Assembly: GCA_000165425.1 (NCBI GenBank)
Contig: CT867986.1
Span: 248,001 to 312,000 of the forward strand
Origin: Paramecium tetraurelia
Lineage: Eukaryota
Direction of reading: 5' to 3'
Length of the DNA stretch: 64,000 nucleotides
Each line of letters starts with the position of its first letter. The first letter of the stretch is position 1. Positions 25,901 to 38,863 of the stretch are shown piece after piece. The position numbers and the translations under genes were made by a program. The notes beneath the pieces were generated by a model. The model made no database searches. It worked only from the letters and a program-made list of their open reading frames with translations, and was not told where the DNA came from.

Positions 25901-27891
25901 TTGATTTATAATAATCTTTAGTTATCTAATTTGAATTCATCAAGTTCTCCCTCTTATGTATGATATTTATTATCAAGTGCAAGATTCTCATTCTATAATT
26001 ATCCAAATTGAGTTTATAAGATTCCCTTTTCTGAAATAGCATCAGCCAAAAGGTTTCTCAATGTTGATATTTCATCTTCTAAGAATGGTATTTATTTTAA
26101 TTAAGCTTCTTATGATGCTTTAATAAATGAGAGCTCTTCAACTTCCAACAATCTCTTTTAGATTTCACCTCTCAAATGATCAACTTCGTCTCTAAGTAAT
26201 TACTTCTCTGATTCAAGTACTTGTACTTCTCCTTTATATAAACGTAAAGCTCCTACTTCTCTCAAAGCAGCTGCTAACTTTTCTTTGCAAGTAGTAAGTT
26301 CTTGAACCTTAAAATGTACTTATTGTTTAAGATTCTCAACTTCTAATTTCAATCCTTAAAGATGATTTAACTCATTCTATAATTAATCAATAATATCATC
26401 TTATTATTTAATCTTATCATCTCTAAGATTGATTCTCTCTTGCTTTGATGCTAATTCCTATTGCAAAGTCTTGATAGTTCCTTACAATGAGTCGATACTT
26501 GCATTTTCAGTTCTTAATTAAATGTTAACCTTTTCAAGGGATGAATATTTCAATCTCCAACCATCTAATTCAGCTTCTCTTTACTTAAGAAGTGATTGTA
26601 ATCTATCAATTTCACTCTACATCTACAATAACTTATTCTCAGTAACAATAGTAACTGAAGATCCTCCTTATAATTTAAATAATTCAGCATCTCTTGTTTA
26701 GACATCATGATTTAGATCATCAATTTGTTGTAATTTCAAATCTAATTGATGTTGTACATTATGTAAATCAGATCTTAATTATTCAATTATAGTAGTTTAT
26801 TCTCTGAGTTCAGATACTTAAGATTACAATTTACCTAATTCTTCCATCAATCTTTTGATTTCATCATTCAATCTAGCATTCTCATCATTAAGTTATTGCA
26901 CATCATTTTCTAATTCCTCGTTTCTAGCCTACTCTGCTTAAATGAGAGTCTCATAATCAATAGCCCTTTCCTCTCCAATCCTCAACATTCTTATTGTGAT
27001 TATGATAACTCCTATCTCTTCAATTTAATTTATTTGTTGATGTAAACTCTCAACATCTCCCTTCTATTATGGCACATCTTTTGGCTGTTGTCCCAATTAT
27101 CCTTATAATTATTTCAATTCTAATATAATTTCATCATTATTTACAATCTTCCAAATCTTTTTTTTCCTTCTCAGCTCTCAAGCATCTCTCCTTCCAATTA
27201 CTCAAATCCTATTACAATTTACTGATCTTCTATTCCAATTCAGAGGTCTTCATATCTGTGTTGGTGATGGTGCTTATTTATTTTTCTATAGTAACAAAAC
27301 GATTTTTCCATTCATTAACTTATTTTTTTGATTGATCCAACTGCTTTTGTAATCTTTGGATTTCTTCATTCTAATTTTTTTGAGTCCTAATATGTTATTC
27401 TAATTCGTTTATTGATATTCTAGCTTAATCCAAATCACCTATCTTCTGTTTCAGCGATTGATTCAATTTCTTATTCTCTCCAATTAAAATTTCAACTCTA
27501 TCTTATAATTGTTAGATCTAAGATCAAATCATTTTTTACAGTCTCTTCATATGAAGTGTTGCGATCCAGCTCAGCCTAAAGCTCTAGATATTTCTTGCGC
27601 CATAAATCTATTTCCTTTTATTGTTCTGCAATTCTTTATTCACAAAAAGTATGATCCGCTTCTTTTACAATTACTTATGTCTTTATTTGAGTCCTTGGTT
27701 ACTCTTGTCTTACCGAGCCCTTCTATTCTCTTACAATATATTCTGAGAATCAGTATAAACAATTACATGTCACTGGTTGCATAGGCACAATTGTCTCCTA
27801 AATAGGAATAACTGTAGTCTCTCTGGGATTTTAAGACGTTCTTGGGGGAGACACAAAATGACGAACAGATGACAGGCAATACTCTACTCAT
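22911..27891 (-). CDS. Very large coiled-coil (cortical/cytoskeletal-type) protein with a Ser/Thr/Gln-rich tail
   Basis: About 5 kb of E/K/Q/L heptad-rich frame with tiny introns, ending TTTTRSYARRY*. The 5' end needs a 1-nt correction near 27873, or else starts at the ATG at 27782. Confidence 0.8.
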
Positions 27892-28804
27892 TAAAATTTA
27901 TTTTAATTAATAAATCCATCTATTTTTCTAGTCAATTAAATCATGAAATTTGCTTTATCATAAAAATTCGTTATTTACCAATCGAGCATGTAATTTATTC
28001 GTTTTAACTATTCGTATTAAATCAACACCCAAATCTCTATTGGTCCAAACAAGAACCTTTATTTTTGATTCAAAGTCAAATAAATCACTTGATTTTACTT
28101 ATTTCAAATCTTAAGTAACTTTGATAAAAATAGTATATTCTCCAAGATTATCCCATTAATAGAGATAAAGGAACTATTCACAGAGTATTTGGAAAAATAA
28201 TTAGAAAGCTAAATGCAACAATATATTCTTAATAGATACTGCTGGTATTTTTCTCATTTTCTAGAATTCCCTTTATTTATTAAAATTATCATTCCTATAC
28301 TTGTGCAATAACTAAATTGATGAAATCAGAGGGTTAATTCTTCATGTACTCTAATAGAGATTTCTAGGATTACAAAAAAAATCCACAATGTTTTATATGA
28401 ATTATTCCAAAAATAAACAAGAAAGTATTTATAAATATCTAAATTTAATTTGAAATCTTGGAATTAACTAGCTCATTTTCTTAATTTCATGATCACTTAA
28501 TCTTTTTGAAATTCTTTATTCAATTTAAATTATGTTCTTTAGACTCTATTATAAAGTAGAGCATAATTAAAATGTTAAGGTAATTCATTATGATATTTCA
28601 AATCTCCTATATTCTGATAATCTATTTAATTCTCAATTATTGAATTATAAATATTATATAAAAATTAAGATTAATTTAAGTGATGATTACCTGTTACATC
28701 AATTATTCATTCATCTAGTAGAGCTATTATCCATCCAAATGGTTTATATTATGAAATTGTGTATTTATATTATGATAAAATTTTATTAAAATGTAATAGT
28801 AAAA

Positions 28805-30263
28805 TCATAATTTAGTTTTCAAAGATTTTTACTAGGAAATCAATACATTAATTTATTAGTTTATATCCTTTATTTATGCCAAGATTTATATAAGTTCTTA
28901 TCTCAATGTTTACTTCACCCTCATATCTGTCTCGATTTAAGCTTGTTTTACAATTTAATCATATTTCTAGTCAAGTTCCTCCAACATCAGTTCCAATTTG
29001 ATTATCTATCTTGATATATTCTCATAATCTTGAGTATCTTCATTATTCTTTTTAACAATTACGAAGCTAGTATCATCATCAGTTGTTTATTTAATTTACT
29101 CTTGTTCAGAAGTAGGCACTTATGTAACTTGAGTAATGGAAAACTTTTTGACTTATTTTTTATTCGAAGTTTATTACTATTAATCTTTGGATTCCTGTCT
29201 TTACACTAATAATTATAATTCAAAGATTTTGGCATTTAATTGTTCTATTTATTTATGTTTTTGAGATTCTATTCTTTCATATTGTAGTTTCAGCAATTAA
29301 ATATCAGAGATTAATTGTGAATTTTATAATCTTTGCTAATCCAATTAGTTGACTAGATCAGCATTTTTAGTTTATAATTATTTAATTTCCAATTCCATAA
29401 ATTAGAATTTATCAACAGGATATTGAGTAGTATACCAATCCAAATATTGTTACAATTCTTGGATTTATTCTTTGTATAATTTAATGTCTTGATTCATTTT
29501 GGACATACTCTCATTCCATTATTTGCTGCTTTTCACAAATGTATCTAATTGTAATTGATAATTTAGAGTAATCTATTTATAGATTTAATGGATATACCTA
29601 TTTTTCCTTTTGCAATTATTAATTTAATTAAGTGATCTTTTTTTTATAACTCTCATTTGTATCTAAATTCAAATTTAATTATTGTTATCTATATTAAGAT
29701 ATTTAGATTACATATTATTAATCTCTTCTGCTAATTCTCGAATCTTTGACTCATTCTAACTAATTTAAAATTTATAATCAGGATGAATGTAGGCTATCTT
29801 ATCCTCATTCTCAATTTCTGATTATTTCAATTTCTTGTCAAGTTCCTTAATTTTTTAATCTTTTTCATCAGTTTTATCTTTTTGAAATACATCATTCTTT
29901 GTCATAGTACTTAATAGTTTCTCGACTTTATTTCTTTATTTACTTTTTACATGAGCAGTTGTACAATAATTTTACGATATATTCTATAAATGTTTAATGA
30001 TTGAATCATACGATTTACTCATTGAGAATGCCATTCTCTCCCTCTAGAGTTCTTATTCTATCCTACAAGGCCCTCATGGCTTTTAAATAACTAGGAGACA
30101 TGGGTTAACTAACAGATAGCTTTTTATCAATTGACTCTTCTGATTTCATTTTAGAAGTGAAGACGCTGGTTCCAAGATTAAAAGAGGAGTAATAGTTTTT
30201 GGGATCTATTTTATTCTTAATCTATTGTGCTAGGAATTTAGTTTAAAAACTATCTGCCTTCAT
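28805..30263 (-). CDS. Coiled-coil protein resembling Cep57/translokin
   Basis: N-terminal YLKAMRALQDRIRTLEGE (like the Cep57 centrosome-localising motif); C-terminal LRQELIQILAQIKDINQQINVL (like the Cep57 microtubule-binding domain). Confidence 0.55.
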
Positions 30264-30295
30264 ATATGTTTGTTATAAATTAATAAATTAAATAA

Positions 30296-31359
30296 TCAAA
30301 TTATTTTTCTTCTCTTATCTCTAAAGTATATAACAACAAGCACAATAATAGAGCACAAGCATATGAAAGCTCCAGCAAAATAAGAACCAACCAGAACCTA
30401 CGAGTCAATCTCAGAATTTTACCATATTTTTTTATCCAAATACTGTTGTAGTAGTCATAAAGAAACTTTTGACCATATCCGATGAATACAATTACTCGTC
30501 ATAAGCTAATGAATTACAATAAGAAATACTGTTATTAACAACCAACAACATATTGTCCTTTGCTTAGATCATTCTGAATTCTCCCCCACAACTTCTTTAA
30601 CCTGCCCTATCCTGCTGTTCTCATCCAAACCATGAAGTGTTCTTTAGTTCATTTAAAACAATGTACCATCTTCGATATTAGTCCAAGCAAACTTTTCCCA
30701 CCCCTTTGGATTTTTGAAATTATATTATCTATCACTCTCCCAAGCTATATCTGTTTCATCAATCTCAACTATTTCTCCTTATGAGTTTTTTAATTTAAAT
30801 GTATCCGTGAAATACGTGTAGGCTATTTCACCACAAGGGAAGGCATTCTCGCTCTTATTTAATGTATTGGCACCGTATGATTGGTCCTTCTCTGTATTTT
30901 TATTAATTTCAAATAGCTACCCATATCAGAATTCGTTTAGTAATCTCCGCAATTGGAAAGATCAGCATCCACATTCCCCTTCAATTATTCAACTGATTTT
31001 GATTTGAAATAATTTCTATTTCTCCTATAAAAATTCTCCAGTTAGTAGTATACAAAAATCGGTGCCGTCATATCACTGGATATTTCAATCGGTATTTCAC
31101 AATTGACTTGATTTTTTGTACATGATGAACCATAATAGACTTCCTTTTCAACTATTTGTAAATTGAATACTAAAAATACTATTGCGAAGACCAATAAAAA
31201 TATTCCTATGATAGCACAATTACTCATACCAATTATGCTAAATATTATCAGGTTTCTTTTGAAATTCTTATGAAACTTCCACTTCTTAATGGCAATATTC
31301 AGAAATTCCTCTTAATCCTCTCTAAATTATTTCGAAAATGAGTTAGAATATTCGGCCAT
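30296..31359 (-). CDS. CDC50: CDC50/LEM3 family P4-ATPase flippase beta subunit
   Basis: TM segment, then PIFVYYQLENFYRRNRNYFKS, PCGEIAYTYFTDTF, IAWESD, FMVWMRTAG...KLWGRI, and a C-terminal TM. Confidence 0.92.
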
Positions 31360-31516
31360 TAATATTAATAATTAATATAAGCATTATATTATTACAGTCC
31401 ATTCTCTCTCTTATCATTGCTTGCCTTGAAAATATTTGAAAGCACCACAGTTTTAAAAAATCCTTATAAAGTTTAGTTAATTTGAAGGAACAATCGTTCA
31501 TTTTCATTGTAATTAA

Positions 31517-32341
31517 ATGAAAAAATAGAAACAAGTCTAAACTCTATTCAAGTATTTTCAATCTGATGAATATGAAATGGAACAAGATAAAAAACCAATA
31601 GAGATTATATCCTACATTAAAATGAATGAAGAATTCCCCATATTCGAGTTAATCTTGGAAAACTGCCCTACCTTCGTATTGGATGCTCAGACTTCTTTGC
31701 AATTGGAGAAATTGTAATAACTAATTTACCTGGGAATAAATGGATGCCAAATTAAATCTTTGATTCATTTGCCTCTGATAGACAGTTTGAAAAGATTAAC
31801 TTTGGACAACAATTATTTAAAAGGAGAACAACTAAAATGCATCGGCTATTACAAAGATAAATTGCTCTCTCTATCCTTGATTAATAACTAACTGAAAATA
31901 TATCCAGGATCTCCTGCCCTATAACATCTCCAATAGATGTCAGCTTTAAAATAATTAAGTCTAATTGGCAATATTTTTGAATTGGATGAAGAAGACAACT
32001 TAACTACTCCTAAAGAAGAAGTTGAATATGTTGAAATGAGAATTCAGATTTTTAACTTAATGCCTAATCTAATCTATTTGGATTGTATAGAAAGGTCAAA
32101 ACTAATCTAGGATGAAAAGTTCTTTAATAACTATAATGAAGAGAATGAATATTTATCCTTATATGTCAGTAAATCAGTTACCTAATATGAAACAAGTAGA
32201 AGTCAGAGCATGATATCGGTTAAAAAGAATGGCACCATGAGAATAAAGGAAGAAAATTCCAATTTACACCAACGTGATGAGAAGAAAACACCAACTAGAT
32301 AATTAAGATAGTAAAAAAGAAAGATGTATGTTTATGATTGA
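31517..32341 (+). CDS. Leucine-rich repeat protein (ANP32/U2A'-like LRR with LRRcap)
   Basis: Intronless 274-aa ORF; LKRLTLDNNYL, LLSLSLINNQL and LKQLSLIGN repeats; cap RIQIFNLMPNLIYLD. Confidence 0.8.
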
Positions 32342-32503
32342 TTCTTTCTCATTCATAGTTTTTATTATAAATCATTTGTCTAATTCGTTACTTTATCTTG
32401 AAGAGGCAAAGTCTTACATACACAATAGTAAAGATTAATTATGAGGGAAAATATATATTTTAATCAATTTACTATAGAGACAATAATATAAATATATAAA
32501 ATT

Positions 32504-33301
32504 CATTAGTCTTGTAATAAATTCTTATCTCTTGCATTATGATCTAAATGCTATATATATTATTAAAATTATCTAATATATATATAGTATATATATTGTA
32601 AAGTATCCTGTAAAAATCTCTTAATAGCTGTCTCCTAGAAATTCTAATTTTGGAACAAATTACTCTGAAAATTATTATAATTCAACCAAGTTTTGTCTAC
32701 TTTAAATTTCAAATGAATCAGAAAAGAAATTGGCTGGATCTTAATCTAAGAAGAAATCTTCCACATATACTTTCTCTTCAAAGCCCTATTTAACATTTAG
32801 ATCAGTTTTAATTTGTTCTTATGATTCCTTTTTGATTAATCGTTTAGTCTCCAAGCTTTCTGATTCCTTCTCATGTCTTGATTTTTGCTCCTATTTGAAT
32901 TTGACTTCTTATAATTTAGATAAACATCCTTGTTCCTGTAATATTGATTAAACTTTGAATTTGATATCATATTCTGAAAGAAATTTGTCCATCCACATTT
33001 TGGATGCTTTGAATGTATCAGTATTGAAAATATCTAAGGCTTTGGATTTGATTTGGTCTCTGGTAATTTTCTTTCCTCCTTTCTTGGTTTCAATCAATAT
33101 CCATTGTTCAAGTTCAGTTACTGCTTGTGGGTTAACTCGTTTTCTTCCACATCCTGGTTTCCTAACATATCCTTGATTAAACCATCTCTTTAAATTTCTC
33201 ACTGTGGTATTATACTTTTGACTCTAGATTTCAAAGTTTTCATCTGAAGGGTTGGCTGCTAATGCTTCTATGGCTTCTCTTTTTTCTTCTGTACTCAAAA
33301 T
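32504..33301 (-). pseudogene. CENP-B/Tc5-type HTH DNA-binding protein lacking an ATG start (possible pseudogene or non-AUG start)
   Basis: ILSTEEKREAI...VRNLKRW...GRK...ELEQWI...ITRDQIKSKA...FKASKMWMDKFL. An in-frame TGA lies just upstream with no ATG, and no DDE domain follows. The 3' end is uncertain. Confidence 0.6.
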
Positions 33302-33329
33302 ATAATATCAATAATTTTTAATAAAATTT

Positions 33330-34332
33330 ATGGAATTTGAATAGACTTAGTTAAAGTATGATGATATTTGGAATTCCAACATTGTGTATTCAAAAAGATT
33401 AAGAATCATGCTTGGATCTCAACCAATCAGATTTATTCTTTCATTTCTTATATTGAATGTCTCAAACATAACATTACTGAGTTTGATAACTAATTCGATG
33501 CTATTACTATGGATTTTGTTGAGTGTCATCATATTGACCAATATCTCTTTGTTTCAAGTCCTAACTAGAAATCCTGGAATAATACCCAAAAATGTATATT
33601 ACTATCAAATAATGATAGATAGTGGGATTTGAATTAAAATATGATTTGCTTCAAGTACCTTAGATAACAAAATATTCATCAATGCAACCAAATAGTGATT
33701 ACATGGTTTGGAAGGATAACTTAATTCATCAAATAAAATATTGTGCATTTTGCCATATCTACAGACCACCAAGGAGTTCTCATTGTTACACATGTGGAAA
33801 TTGCATTCTGAAATATGACCATCACTGTCCTTGGATAGGATAATGCATCGGATAAAATAATTATAGGTAAAAAAGAATAATGATTTTAGATAATACATTC
33901 AATTACTACTTTTTGGAATGTTTGATTAGTTATGCATATTTTCTATTTGCAGCATAACACTAAATGATGAAATGATAATCAAGATAATCCTCATAATATA
34001 TACAATACCTGTAAATATTCAGTGGTGAAAATTAGTTGTTTTTATTCATATTAAGTCTTTAAGGATTGCATTCATATTTAATTATTACTAGGTAAACATC
34101 AAAAGAATACTTCAAATAGCTTTGGAAAACAAAAGCTGGCAATCCATTTAATTAATAATTTTGGACTCATCATCCAGAATATGTTGATTTCGCTACAACA
34201 TACTATAGACACAAAAACTTTGTTTCTCAACTCACCCAAATAGACCTAAGTATTAATAATGATAAAAAAACTTAAACTTTAAAATAGCCAATCTAACCAT
34301 ATAAAGAGATTGAGTTATAAATTAAAAATTGA
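33330..34332 (+). CDS. DHHC palmitoyltransferase
   Basis: [48 protein letters not shown] segments. Confidence 0.93.
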
Positions 34333-34403
34333 TTTTATTATGATCTAAAATAATAAATATTTAATTGAAATACTAAATAATTTATAATTTATATATGCGT
34401 TTA

Positions 34404-36308
34404 TCAATCCTTTAACCATTTCCCATAAAATAATTCATAGATCTTATACCTTGTGTTATCAGAGTCCTATAAAATTTCAAAAAGCCCAATGCATTAAAAC
34501 CAATCATCAAAAGTAGCAGTGTCAACTCCACAAATGAAATAGTTTCTTGTTCCCTTCTTTAAGAATAACTTTTTCAAATCTCTACAATATTAATTAAATT
34601 ACTTTAAATGATTTTAATAACGAACTTCACTTCCTGTTGCATAACTATAAATATATTTTCTTAACAATTCTTCATCATGTGTCAATCTATACCCTAAAGT
34701 TGAGACATCCTCTATTCTTGAACTTTATAATCCATAATATTCTAAAAAGTTGTAAGCTATATCCCAATTTAAAATGGCATGCTCTCCATCCTTATTAGCT
34801 TTTGCAATATCTAATCTATATTAAGTGTAATCTAATATTTAATTTGTTTTTCCATTAAATTAGAATACTCTAAAAGATGGATTTTACCTTGAATTGGTAG
34901 TTACTGAAGGTGCAATGTATATAGTCTTAATGTATCTTCCATCAATCCTTGATCTTATATGAGAAATTTAATCAGAATGTGTATGTCCTATATTAATAAT
35001 TTTTAATTACCATAAAATAATCCAGAAACTACATGCTCAAATCTTTCAATAATAACACTAAATCTATCTGCCCATTATGAATTACATGAAATGTCACCTG
35101 GTGGAATGTGTGCAATTATAATTGCAAATTAATTTTTTGATTCTGAATCCTTCAATTCTTTTGTCAACCAATTTAACATTCCTCTTGGATCTGTCACTCC
35201 TTCCATTAAGAAGAAATTATTAAAATCATAAGCCTAAGAATTTAAAGCAATAATCTTTAAATTTCTCTCCACATCAATTTAAGAATAAAATCCATTTCTT
35301 CTTAATTAGTAATATGCCTCTTGACTTAGGTATTATTTCCAAGTTTCTGATATTGCATCTCTGAATGACTAAGCGGATTCTCCAATCATATCATATTAAT
35401 CACTAGGATAAAGGTCATGGTTTCCATATATTCCATAAACATTGGTATTCGGCATAAGCTATTAAATTTCTTATGTAATCATTTATGTAGGAACAGTTTG
35501 ATTTTTCTATTGATTCCATCGATATTAAGCTACATTATCTCCTGTCCAAAGAATAAAATCAGGTTTTATTTTCTCTTTTGTGAATTCTAATAAATTTTAG
35601 ACTGTTCTAAACGGTAAATCACAACTAGCTAAGGTACCCCAATATTAAGCACCCTTGCTAGAGTCCTTAGGTATACCATTCTCCTTTCTGCAACAGTTAT
35701 AATTACCACAAAAAGCATCAGCTCCAACAGTATATTCAGTGTCAACATGTAAATCAGAATATTATACCACTTTATAATCCTCATTATTGATAAGCAATGC
35801 TTCAGATCTTTCTTTCCATCTTTATTACTCCTATTTCGAAAGTTTATCAACCATAATTTCATTTATATATTCCTTTAAAGTTTAAGGTTCATGTTCCAAT
35901 TTGCAAGCCCCTAAAACTTAACAAGCATTTGATGGTTTCAAATAATTGCTAAAATTTTTAAATATTATACTCAATGAATTGAACTGCAAATTAATCAAGA
36001 TATTTTTGTTTCTTACCTTCACAAATTAAAGGATTTTTAAACTTAGGGCACAGTGCTACATATTCTTTTGTTACTATAGACATTAAAGTGTTCTTAGAAA
36101 ATTTTTAAACTTATTTCATCATCAATTTGCAAGGTAAACAGAACAAATGTAAGCTAATAAATAACAAAACAATATACTCATGTGGTAACTCTATTCCTAC
36201 ATATGAAGCGATATTCTTAAGGATTTCTCTATTTAATATCTTATGTTCTTCTTATTATGCGTTTATAATGCAAAATAGCACAAAAATTATCAATAAAGGT
36301 TTTTTCAT
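34404..36308 (-). CDS. Acid sphingomyelinase-like phosphodiesterase (saposin B + calcineurin-like metallophosphoesterase)
   Basis: Signal peptide; saposin Cys pattern (CLPC...C...C...CQVLGAC); SDLHVD, WTGDN, GNHD, IAHIPPG and GHTH. Confidence 0.9.
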
Positions 36309-37454
36309 TATTATATTAAATGATTAATTATCATGATCTTTTTATATATTGTGCATTATTTACTATCCGAAAGAATTTCATCTCAAAGAAGAGCAACTTT
36401 ATTTTGTCAGTTTTGTTTAAATTGATTTTGTTATGGATATAACAAAGTTAATCAATAAAAATTTTAATAGGTAAATATTTTATTATTACGAATAATGATT
36501 TTAATAATCTTAAAATCAATGATAATTCGAAAAGAATTTTTCCTTGAATATATAATATGATGATAAATATTATGATTTAAGGAGATTTAGATAGAAAAAG
36601 GGATCTATTTATCATTAAACTTAAAAGAATCATATGATTAGTTTGAAAATATATAATAATTCTGCATTTTGATATAACATGATTTAGATTCCACCTATAG
36701 GATTGGTGAAACATATTAAAAAACATTATTCCATGATATTATAATCAAATTTACTACTTTAGATTTGAATTTGAAAGTAATTAATAGATATACAATGAAT
36801 TAGTTCAAACATGAAATTAGTATATTCTTATTATATCTTAAATGATATATAAATTTAAATATATAATATGTTCTTATCAATGGATACATTTTTTCTTTTT
36901 AATGATAACTTCTTTTATTTATTCACTTAGCCTCATTTGCAATGCTAAAGTCATCATATTTTTTACACATCATATTTATATAGATCTGCCTTTTCTAGAA
37001 CCTATTGATTTTATAATCTTTTATTTAAGTTTATATATGGCAAGTCTTCCATACATTCTATTTTAATAATTCATTGGACCTTTTATCTACACTAATGTCT
37101 ATGTTATGAGTCGTTAGTTTTATCTAGATGCATAGAATTAAGTTATTATGCTATTTATTCTGGAAATAACGATTGTCTATAGTTATCTCACATTAATTTA
37201 GGCAGCAGGAATGACCTTTTGGACTCTTTTAGCTAAGCTTGTTTAAACCCATAAAAGACGTTATCACTAATGTAATTGTTACAGTAATCTTATTTTTGTC
37301 GAAGGTCTACTTTTGATGCCAAAAGACAGGTGCTGAGCTAAGCTTTTGAATATTTGAGGAGTATTCAGATGTGAATAGGCATAATGTTTAAATTGGAATT
37401 TGTACATATATGTAAATTAATCTAATCTTTGTTTATTTATTATATAAATATATT

Positions 37455-38310
37455 ATGCAAAATTCCATTTTAATTAATGAATTAAATGCCAGAGAAAAAG
37501 TAAATTTTCAGCAATACATAAGCCAAAACCAGTCGAGGTTTATAATAAATTGGCCTAAGATACAGTTCCCAAAAGAGATTTACTCATTTAATGGCTAATA
37601 TAAGTATAAAAATGTGATATCATTCAAAAAGAATACTTTCTAACATAAGATTTCTCTCAAAACAATTGAATTAGCTGTTTTGTATATTGATATCTATCTG
37701 AATGCGAAAAATATCTCGGAATAAAAATTCCAACTTCTAGCAATATGTTCTTTCAATTTGGCTGCAAAAGTTGTTTTGTATATTAATTATTTTTTAGTTC
37801 AACTAAAAAGGAATAACTTAATAAACAAAGATCTTAGATTCAAATGGTATAGGAATATATCAAGATCATGAATATGACGAAATGGAAATTGAACTGCTTT
37901 AAGCTATGTAATTTTAATTGAATTTTATCACTTCTTCAGATTACGCAGAACTCATAGGACTAAATCTATAGGATGAAAAAATCAAGTCTTATTTTCTATT
38001 TATATTAGTAGGTATTCAAATAAGAATAAAAATAGATTTTTAAATTTATAAATATTAGCATCTAGAATTAGCTTTAGCAATTCTTTTTCTATCTGATGAG
38101 AATGCACATTAACTACAACCAAGAATTCTTTAAATATCAAAAGTTATTCAAGATTCTGTTAATCAATATGAAAAAATGTATGAAAAGGAAAACTAAGGTG
38201 AAGAATAATGTTAATCTAATTTGAATAAGAGTAGAAGGATTAAAAGAATGAAGCCTATAAGAAAATTATTGTCAAAATAAGTTAAATAAAAGTTGAGACA
38301 GAAATATTGA
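37455..38310 (+). CDS. Divergent cyclin (Cyclin_N fold)
   Basis: TIELAVLYIDIYL...FQLLAICSFNLAAK; EYDEMEIELLQAMQFQLNFITSSDY. Confidence 0.8.
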
Positions 38311-38461
38311 ATTATTTAATTGTTTTATTTCATTTCATTTTAATAAACACTCAACTCTATTTATTCTGATTAAATCTTTTGTTTTGTGGATTTTTATATG
38401 TAGCTCAATTAATAAGAATTTCATCATAATCATGATATTAAGTTAAATATCCAAACTATTT

Positions 38462-38863
38462 ATGTATAACCAATCCTAATTTGCAGATGAGCAATCGTCA
38501 ATTTTGTTCGAGGATGAGATAGACTTTTCGAATATAGAAATACCTTAACTTACAAGAAGGAATGGAGAAAGCAATGATAAATAAAAAGTACACGGATACA
38601 TAATTTTGGATCAATCCCCTTAAAAAATATATAATCAAGAATAATGTCCAATCTGCTTGGATTAAGATTAAGATTTGTCTCCTTTACAATGTGGTCATAC
38701 ATACTGTAGGACTGATATTGCAAAATTAATAGGACAAGCTGTTGAATAAATTATTCAATGTCCAATATGTCGGGCATATTAGTATTGTCCCTCTTCAAAA
38801 GATTTATACTAAAATTAACATGAATTCTAATTCATTGATCACACATAATTAGAAACTAATTGA
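38462..38863 (+). CDS. Small RING-HC finger protein (alternative start at 38432)
   Basis: CPICLD...LQCGHTYCRTD...IQCPICR. Confidence 0.75.

Noticed and set aside
32500..33300. Intact Tc1/mariner/pogo transposon
   Set aside because: No DDE catalytic domain and no terminal inverted repeats are visible.
36850..37440. Coding-like minus-strand segment
   Set aside because: I could not build a consistent start/intron/stop model.
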